A stretch of 27,212 nucleotides of DNA, taken from an uncultured archaeon. GTDB taxonomy: Archaea > Asgardarchaeota > Lokiarchaeia > Sigyniarchaeales > SOKP01. Position 1 is the stretch's first letter, and each line of letters starts with the position of its first letter. The notes under the pieces were generated by a model, which was given only the letters and a program-made list of their open reading frames with translations, made no database searches and was not told where the DNA came from. Position numbers and translations under genes: made by a program. The stretch spans positions 1 through 27,212 of the forward strand of contig CAYUTF010000007.1 of assembly GCA_964447495.1 (NCBI GenBank), in the 5' to 3' direction. This document shows, piece by piece, positions 8,507 to 14,970 of this stretch.

Positions 8507-9286
8507 GTGGCCACACTTGAGCAAGTTGTCGATGCAATCCGAGTTAAGGTCTCGGACTATGCACAGCCAAGAAAGTTTGACATAAGCTATTACGAAGCTG
8601 CGATTTCCTTTGCTCTAAGTAAGCTAAGTCACGATTTCCACGAAGAGTATCTCACCATAACCGATGTTCCTTATGATCGGGAGTTCCTCCTGATTAAGCT
8701 TGCCACAATCGAGATGTGCTATACTCGGTCGCAGTCAGTACAGCAGTCCGATTTAGACCCAGATTCAGCCGATGATTTCGGACCGGTCACTTCGGTTCAA
8801 ACTCCCGATTTGATGGTGATGAAGCGCGGGGAATCCAGTGAGGACACAGCCTCTAGATGGCTTCGGATTGCCACAGATTTACAAGCTGAGTATGACGACG
8901 AGTTGAGGAATTCCGGGGGGTCAGCTTTTGTCGCCGAAATCGTAGTCGACACGGTTAACCGTAAATCGATGAAGACCGGGGGGCTTGCAAGTAGAAAGCT
9001 GGATATGGGTCTGCCGGCGGTAGCGCTGTCTGCTGTAGTTGAGGGAAATACCGTGGCACTTACTTGGGGTAAGTTGTACAGTGATTTGTTTCAGCAGTAT
9101 GAGGTGTATCGTGCTACTTCGATAACTTTCAGTGATAAGCAGCGGATTTCTGTGATAGGCGATAATCATGAAGTTGAGTATCTTGATACCGGGCTTCAGC
9201 TGGGAACGTACCATTATCGAGTGTATACAGTTAACCCCAACCTCATAAAAACCCCGAGTAACAGTGTAACCATAGAGGTAGTCTGA
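8507..9286 (+). CDS. Putative head-tail adaptor with C-terminal fibronectin type III domain
   Basis: Helical N-terminal part at the adaptor position. C-terminal VALTW...YEVYR...YLDTGL...TYHYRVYTVN...SNSVTI is an FN3 signature. GTG start with GAGGT RBS. Confidence 0.7.
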   Translation: MATLEQVVDAIRVKVSDYAQPRKFDISYYEAAISFALSKLSHDFHEEYLTITDVPYDREFLLIKLATIEMCYTRSQSVQQSDLDPDSADDFGPVTSVQTPDLMVMKRGESSEDTASRWLRIATDLQAEYDDELRNSGGSAFVAEIVVDTVNRKSMKTGGLASRKLDMGLPAVALSAVVEGNTVALTWGKLYSDLFQQYEVYRATSITFSDKQRISVIGDNHEVEYLDTGLQLGTYHYRVYTVNPNLIKTPSNSVTIEVV

Positions 9287-9708
9287 TGGTAACCGAGTCC
9301 CTTGCCCAACGGTCGGCGGATGTGGTTATTAGAAGATACCGAACATCCACCATTTTGGTTAGGAAGTATGTCTCTTCCGGAGTTCCGGATAGATTCGGTC
9401 AAGCCATTCCTGTGTATGCCGCTGGATTAGATGTTGTTGGTAGGGCAATACATCACCCCACCAAGGAGCAAATATCGTTTATTGGGGATGCCGAGAGATA
9501 CGGAGCCGCATTTCTGTTTAGTAGGCTCGAAATGCTGCGGAAGTTTTCGGGGTTGGCCGAGGGAAAGTGGATAACCACCTATGACCGGATTGTGTGGAAC
9601 GGTAATGATTATAAGCTTGAAAAAGTTCAGCCTACAGGGCAAGTAGGGCGAACGTTTTCACTTGTAATAGCTTTGGGGAATACCCCAGAAGGGGAGCGGT
9701 TACCATGA
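9286..9708 (+). CDS. Putative head closure (stopper) protein
   Basis: 140 aa, beta-rich, with DRFGQ and DRIVWNGNDYKLEKV patterns; position after the adaptor. Confidence 0.6.
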   Translation: MVTESLAQRSADVVIRRYRTSTILVRKYVSSGVPDRFGQAIPVYAAGLDVVGRAIHHPTKEQISFIGDAERYGAAFLFSRLEMLRKFSGLAEGKWITTYDRIVWNGNDYKLEKVQPTGQVGRTFSLVIALGNTPEGERLP

Positions 9709-10178
9709 CAAATCCTTTTTATGGCGATTGGATGCAGCTTTCGGCTATGGTTCGTCGGGGGAAGTCCCCCAAGACGATTGGTGTGGCTTCCAGAAAGCTG
9801 GAGGCGTTGGGGAATGAGGTAAGAAGGTCCATACGGGGGCACATACGGAAGCAGGATTTGGACTGGGGACCTCTAGTTTCTGGGAGCATTAAGAGGAAGG
9901 GGTTTGATAAAGTTTATGTGAGTCGGGGGGATTATCTGAAGTCTATTACGGTAGATGTTACGAAAACAGATATAGGAGCGGAGGTTGTTGTATCCCCGGA
10001 AGGGGAGCATTATTCCGGATTGGATATGAAGACATTGGCGCATTATTTGGAGTACGGTACGAAGAAGATGATATCTCGTCCTTTATGGCGTCCTGTGTTT
10101 TCTGAAGTTGAAAGCATGCGCACATCGAGTAAGCTTTTGAAGTCGGTGGGTTCGTATGTCTTGACAGGGATGGAATAG
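9705..10178 (+). CDS. Neck/tail completion protein (HK97 gp10-like)
   Basis: Motif AHYLEYGTKKMISRPLWRP matches the family's EyGT...RP..RP signature. Confidence 0.75.
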   Translation: MTNPFYGDWMQLSAMVRRGKSPKTIGVASRKLEALGNEVRRSIRGHIRKQDLDWGPLVSGSIKRKGFDKVYVSRGDYLKSITVDVTKTDIGAEVVVSPEGEHYSGLDMKTLAHYLEYGTKKMISRPLWRPVFSEVESMRTSSKLLKSVGSYVLTGME

Positions 10179-10886
10179 ATGAGTTTGTCGGTTAGTCAGG
10201 AAGCGTTTGAGATAGCACTTATAGGTCGGTACTCCGGGTTTACGATGGATGTTCTAGGGGTAGCTACTGGGGTACCGGTGTTTTTGGAAGCGCCTTCTGA
10301 TGAGCTGATAACGGACAGAGTTTTTCCTTCAGTTTCAATCAGGTATCTAGGGGAAGATGAAGCTTCGGATTTGAGGGAGTCTTCGGATAAAGAGGCCGAG
10401 GAAGTTGATTATGATGATTCCGTATTTCCTCCTGAGCGGGTTATGCGGGAGACCTCCGACCCGATACGTTTGAGGTATTCTATAGATACTTGGCATAAAG
10501 ACCGGGCCGCAGAAGACCAAGTGCTTTATCATGAGATGCTTAGGCGACGCACCCCTAGTCGAGGGCATATTTCTGTTTTGAATTTGGACAGCGAACCGAT
10601 TGATTTGTGGCTGTTCAAGGTTAATGGGAGTTTAGCAACTCATGATTATGAGGACATCGATACCTATATTTATCATAAGAGTATCACTGTAGAAACGCTT
10701 GTGTACTTGGCTGAAGTTGAGTACGATGATACTGTAAGGGAAAAGGTTGTAGAAGAGGTTCATTGGGAAGTGCTGTCGAGGGGAATAGTATTGGGGTCTA
10801 AGGGGATGTTAGTTGGGGTTGAAAGTTCAGAGAATGTTACGGACGTTAATATGGTCGTAACGGAAGATAGTTTAGAACGGCTTTAA
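10179..10886 (+). CDS. Putative tail terminator protein
   Basis: Acidic 235-aa protein with FPSVSI and LRYSIDTW patterns immediately before the sheath gene. Confidence 0.6.
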   Translation: MSLSVSQEAFEIALIGRYSGFTMDVLGVATGVPVFLEAPSDELITDRVFPSVSIRYLGEDEASDLRESSDKEAEEVDYDDSVFPPERVMRETSDPIRLRYSIDTWHKDRAAEDQVLYHEMLRRRTPSRGHISVLNLDSEPIDLWLFKVNGSLATHDYEDIDTYIYHKSITVETLVYLAEVEYDDTVREKVVEEVHWEVLSRGIVLGSKGMLVGVESSENVTDVNMVVTEDSLERL

Positions 10887-10946
10887 AACAAGCCTCCCTT
10901 TAAGTATCATCAGTCACGTGGGAGGGAATGAGCTGAGGAGAAAGCA

Positions 10947-13415
10947 ATGGGATATTACACGAGGCCTGATGTTTACGTTGAAGAGTTAAGCAGTGCCGAG
11001 GGTCCGGTTCGATCTGCCCAGACGGGTCGAGGCGGAATGCAGGCGATTACGTATAAGGGACCGGTGGGGGTCCCGATTCGTACACGAAATTTTGAAGCCT
11101 GGAAAAAGATTTTCGGCGGATATGAGGGGCGGAGCGATGCCGCGTATGAAGCCGAGAGTTTCTTCAAAGAGGGAGGTTTCGAGCTGATCACCGTTCGACA
11201 GGCTCACTATGCCGATTTGAGTGACAAGACTTCCGTTGCGGGAGCAGCATCGTTTCGGATGCATCTGACGGCAGGTGTGGCAGCAACGCCGGCGACGAAA
11301 ACCAGCTTAGTAGGGCCGTTCAATATCCGGTCCGGAGGGGATGTAAACTTCACGTTCGAGGTTGGCGGTAGTGGAAGTTTGACTGCAGAGGTCACGGCTA
11401 CTTACGGCGCCATTCTGTGTACGTCCATTGAGGGTACCAATCAGGATGGGTTGACACTTGAGATCTCGGTGGATTCCGGGCCGGTTCAAACGATCACTTT
11501 GGCTGGAGCGGCAATCACATATCAAGAGATCATAAACCAGGTGAACGCTCAGATTACGGGAGCTTCTTGTGTTGCAGGTCCGGGTTCTGCCCCGTATATC
11601 ATTTCGGACACCCTTGGTTCGTCGAGCTCCATAAACCTTACTGGGGGTACTTCCACTTTGACTTGGGATATTTCGAGTATGAGCGGGACCGGCAACGTAG
11701 CTGACGATTCCGCAGTGACAGCTACTGAGATGAAAGCTTTGTTGGATGCTATTCCGACTTTTCTCACCTATGGGGTTGCACAAGTCAACGTTGACGGGTC
11801 TTTCACGATAAGCTCGGTCGATACCGGGGCAGCTGTTGCCCTTGAGTTTACCGATGCAAACGCCACTTTTGGTTTTTCGGTTGAAACGCTCAACGGAACC
11901 GATGACGGGGCGACCTTCCCGACGCTAAAGGTGAGTGCTGGGTATCACGGGTATCTGTCTCCAGGGTTGTCCGGAGATTTGTTGAAGACAAAAGCAGTTC
12001 AGAATCCTCTTGTGGTTTCTGCGGGTGCCGGCAATGATTTGGCTGCGAACATTACCATTGGAGACACTGCAATTCAGGTTGAGTCGATAAGCGGGATTAA
12101 TGAGAATACCGTTCTTACGGTGTCCGACGGTACGCATACGGAGCAAAAAATTGTTTCGGGTACGCGTACGGAAATCAGTGGAAGTACCATAAGCTATTTC
12201 GTGGACGTTTCCAGTGCGTTTACCTACGGGTATACCGATGGAAGCACCACCATCCATTCAAACGAGTTTGACCTCCATATTTATGAGGGAACCGAGGAAG
12301 TTGAGCGTTGGGAAGGCTTGTCCATGCTCGATACGGCTGACAACTATGTCGAAACCATCGTGAACGATGAAAGCATCGGGTCGGTGTATGTAGTTGTCGA
12401 AGACAAAGACGCAGTTCCCCCAGGAATTGGGTTGGATACCCCAGCAACAGACGCGGCCGCGGTTGCCCTAGGTACGGGTGCGGATGAAATAGCGGGAATT
12501 GGAGACCTCGATTGGGTTGGACTAGAGTCTGGGGGTACTGGATTGTACGCTTGGGATACGGTGAATGAGTTCATGCCTTTCTGTACCGTGGGGAATATCA
12601 GCCCAATCGTAGTCCATATGGCGGCGCTTTATGCGAAGAGTCGGATTTATATGGAGTACTTGACCTATCTCACGGCAGGAATCTCTGGGTCGGCAGCGGT
12701 CAGTTACCGGAATAGCACTTTGGGTGTCAATTCGGACTGCACAAGTCTGTACGCCGGTGGGATTCAGGTATTTGATCCGGTTGGTACCGGGTCCAATCCC
12801 CGACGAAGTCTCGCTGGGATGGGTGCGATGATGGCTATTCGAGCTCGAGTTGACACATTGCCCGGAGACGGCGGTGGACCTTGGGAGGCGCCGGCGGGAG
12901 AAGGGGATTATGGTACGGTGAACTACGCTCTAGACGTAGCGACGGATTACAAAGATTCCGAAACAGGCGGGATGAATGAGGCCGGAATAAATGTCATCCG
13001 GAAGTTTGGGAGTACGAATCCGGTTACGGTGTGGGGGTGTCGAACGCTGTCCACTGACCCGAACAAGCGATTTTTGTACATTAATGTTCGAAGGTTTTTC
13101 CAGTTTGTGGAGAAGTCGATTGCAGACTCCACCCGGTGGGCCGTTCATCGAAACAACAACTACAAGTTGTGGGCAAAGCTTATCGGTAGGGGGGATGATT
13201 TCTTGAGTTCGCTTTTGGTTCGCGGGGCCTTCCCCACGCGGGTTAAGGAGCTGGCGTTCTTTATCGATGTTGGGACGGCGAACGGAGTCATGACTCAAGA
13301 GGATATTGACGCAGGGAGAGTGAAAGGAAGAATCGGCATGGCGGCTAACAAGCCGGGTGAATTCCTGATTTGGGAGTTTACTCAGTACGACAGCGGTTGG
13401 GCCATTTCGGAGTGA
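10947..13415 (+). CDS. Contractile tail sheath protein with large inserted domains
   Basis: N-terminal RPDVYVEE and KGPVGVP; C-terminal WEAPAG, GINVIR, VWGCRTL, YINVRR, WAVH..N and KPGEF sheath motifs. Confidence 0.95.
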   Translation: MGYYTRPDVYVEELSSAEGPVRSAQTGRGGMQAITYKGPVGVPIRTRNFEAWKKIFGGYEGRSDAAYEAESFFKEGGFELITVRQAHYADLSDKTSVAGAASFRMHLTAGVAATPATKTSLVGPFNIRSGGDVNFTFEVGGSGSLTAEVTATYGAILCTSIEGTNQDGLTLEISVDSGPVQTITLAGAAITYQEIINQVNAQITGASCVAGPGSAPYIISDTLGSSSSINLTGGTSTLTWDISSMSGTGNVADDSAVTATEMKALLDAIPTFLTYGVAQVNVDGSFTISSVDTGAAVALEFTDANATFGFSVETLNGTDDGATFPTLKVSAGYHGYLSPGLSGDLLKTKAVQNPLVVSAGAGNDLAANITIGDTAIQVESISGINENTVLTVSDGTHTEQKIVSGTRTEISGSTISYFVDVSSAFTYGYTDGSTTIHSNEFDLHIYEGTEEVERWEGLSMLDTADNYVETIVNDESIGSVYVVVEDKDAVPPGIGLDTPATDAAAVALGTGADEIAGIGDLDWVGLESGGTGLYAWDTVNEFMPFCTVGNISPIVVHMAALYAKSRIYMEYLTYLTAGISGSAAVSYRNSTLGVNSDCTSLYAGGIQVFDPVGTGSNPRRSLAGMGAMMAIRARVDTLPGDGGGPWEAPAGEGDYGTVNYALDVATDYKDSETGGMNEAGINVIRKFGSTNPVTVWGCRTLSTDPNKRFLYINVRRFFQFVEKSIADSTRWAVHRNNNYKLWAKLIGRGDDFLSSLLVRGAFPTRVKELAFFIDVGTANGVMTQEDIDAGRVKGRIGMAANKPGEFLIWEFTQYDSGWAISE

Positions 13416-13444
13416 GGATAGGATAGCTAAACAAGGAGGGCGTG

Positions 13445-13897
13445 ATGCCAGATCCGTATCGAAATTTTAAGTTTGAGGTTGAAATCGACGGTTTTGTTCG
13501 GGCGGGATTTTCTAAAGTTTCAGGGTTAAGTCGGACTACCGAGGATACCGAGTACCGAGAGGGTGGGGAAAATGAAACCCCCCACAAGCTCCCGGGTCAA
13601 ACCTCGTTTTCGGACGTCACCCTAAGCCGCGGAGTTTCGGATGACGAAGATTTCCAAAACTGGAGTGATACCATCTTCAATGTAGACCAGGTTGATGGTG
13701 AGCAAGGTGATGAAAATTTCCGAAGAACGGTGGTGGTCTATCTCAAGAACAAAGCCGGCGATCGGGTTATCAAGTGGACCATTCTTCGGGCTTGGCCAAA
13801 AGAGTTCTCGACGGAGGACCTTGATGGTGCGGGGAATGACGCCTTGATTGATAACCTCGTTTTGGTAAACGAGGGAATAAAACGCGAGCGTCTATAG
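13445..13897 (+). CDS. Tail tube protein (T4 gp19 / Afp1-5-like)
   Basis: DPYRNFKFEVEIDG..AGFSKVSGL...EYREGG...KLPG....VTLSRG...W.I..AWP is the typical signature. ATG 13445 is better spaced from AAGGAGG than GTG 13442. Confidence 0.93.
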   Translation: MPDPYRNFKFEVEIDGFVRAGFSKVSGLSRTTEDTEYREGGENETPHKLPGQTSFSDVTLSRGVSDDEDFQNWSDTIFNVDQVDGEQGDENFRRTVVVYLKNKAGDRVIKWTILRAWPKEFSTEDLDGAGNDALIDNLVLVNEGIKRERL

Positions 13898-13951
13898 GCC
13901 GCGTAATTTACAATAGTTATTATTGTTTCAACAAGTAGGAGATATAGCAAG

Positions 13952-14827
13952 ATGAGTTACTCTTCCGACAGCGACTATCAAGACAGTTTGGATTCGACGG
14001 CTTCCGATTGGGAAGTTGACGACAGTGAAGAAGTTGAGTTTGTTCCCGACGATACCGTGGAGCTCCCGGTAGGGATACGAAAGGATGGGCAGGTTTATCG
14101 AACGGTAGTTATCGACGAGCTTGGGGGCGTCGATGACCGACTTGTTGCGGATTCGAAAGTGCGGGGCAACGGGGCGAAGGCGATGTCTTTAGTGATATGC
14201 CGGTCGGTGCAAGAAGTCCCCGGGCTGTTAAAGCAGAAGCAGAATCCGGATAAGATGTTCAACCGAGAGTTTGCCAGGGCGATGACGGAGATTGACCGGG
14301 TATTCTTGATTACGCGCATTTTCATGCTGTCTGGACGAAATGAGTCTGCGTTTGTGGGGACTTGTAGGCACTGTAAAACGGTACATTATGAGAAGGTGTA
14401 TCTCTCGAATCTCAAGGTCGATAAGTGGCCGGATGACAAGCCGCCCGAAATTGAGTTTAGGTTAAAAGGAGGGTTCAAGGAAAGGAAGGATAACGGTGAG
14501 TACATTTATCATCGAGATGGGGTTTTAAGCTTTCCTACGGGGAAGACATCTGAGTTGATCGGAAAGATCACAAATGAAGCTGAGGCTTTGGACAGCATGC
14601 TTGCCTCCTGTATCAAGAATGTGGGTACTTATGGGAGGGTGGATAGTTCCATGGCTCAGGCGTTAAAAAAGACTGACCGTGAAGAGTTGCTATATTCACT
14701 GAGCGACGGGCTCCCCGGCATAAAGCAGGGTAAGTGGATCACTTGCGAATGCGGAGTGGACCTTGAGTTGAGTTTGGATTTAGTCTCTTTTTTCGACGGA
14801 CGGCGGCGGAGAGCGAGAAAGCCCTAG
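13952..14827 (+). CDS. Tail/baseplate-hub assembly chaperone (gpG-equivalent, T4 gp26-like)
   Basis: Between tube and tape measure; ELPVG, D R.FL..RI, CRHC and CEC motifs; near its end reads LVSFF over a slippery heptamer. Confidence 0.75.
   Translation: MSYSSDSDYQDSLDSTASDWEVDDSEEVEFVPDDTVELPVGIRKDGQVYRTVVIDELGGVDDRLVADSKVRGNGAKAMSLVICRSVQEVPGLLKQKQNPDKMFNREFARAMTEIDRVFLITRIFMLSGRNESAFVGTCRHCKTVHYEKVYLSNLKVDKWPDDKPPEIEFRLKGGFKERKDNGEYIYHRDGVLSFPTGKTSELIGKITNEAEALDSMLASCIKNVGTYGRVDSSMAQALKKTDREELLYSLSDGLPGIKQGKWITCECGVDLELSLDLVSFFDGRRRRARKP
14788..14794 (+). other. -1 ribosomal frameshift slippery site T TTT TTC
   Basis: X XXY YYZ heptamer in the correct phase (tcT TTT TTC = S-F-F) near the end of the chaperone gene. 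Confidence 0.85.
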
Positions 14828-14970
14828 AGAATCTTTATGAGTGTGTGAACTACCTAGCACATCGTTACGGTTGGTCTGAGTCTGAAATTTTGCGATTGCC
14901 GACAAGACGGCTTAATCGATATATCGAGTTAATCAACCGTGATCGGCGAAAGGAAGAAGGCAAGCGATGA
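14794..14970 (+). CDS. Frameshift-accessed chaperone extension (gpT/gpE'-equivalent, DUF6760-like), absent from the ORF track
   Basis: The -1 frame reads RRTAAESEKALENLYECVNYLAHRYGWSESEILRLPTRRLNRYIELINRDRRKEEGKR*. It has no ATG, and its TGA overlaps the tape measure ATG (ATGA, 14967-14970). Confidence 0.85.
   Translation, partial: RRTAAESEKALENLYECVNYLAHRYGWSESEILRLPTRRLNRYIELINRDRRKEEGKR

Noticed and set aside
10176-10181. TAG followed directly by an in-frame ATG, suggesting amber readthrough or stop-codon reassignment
   Set aside because: Both proteins have normal sizes for separate neck and terminator genes. Other TAG-ending genes (portal, capsid, gp25) end at expected lengths and are followed by out-of-frame genes.
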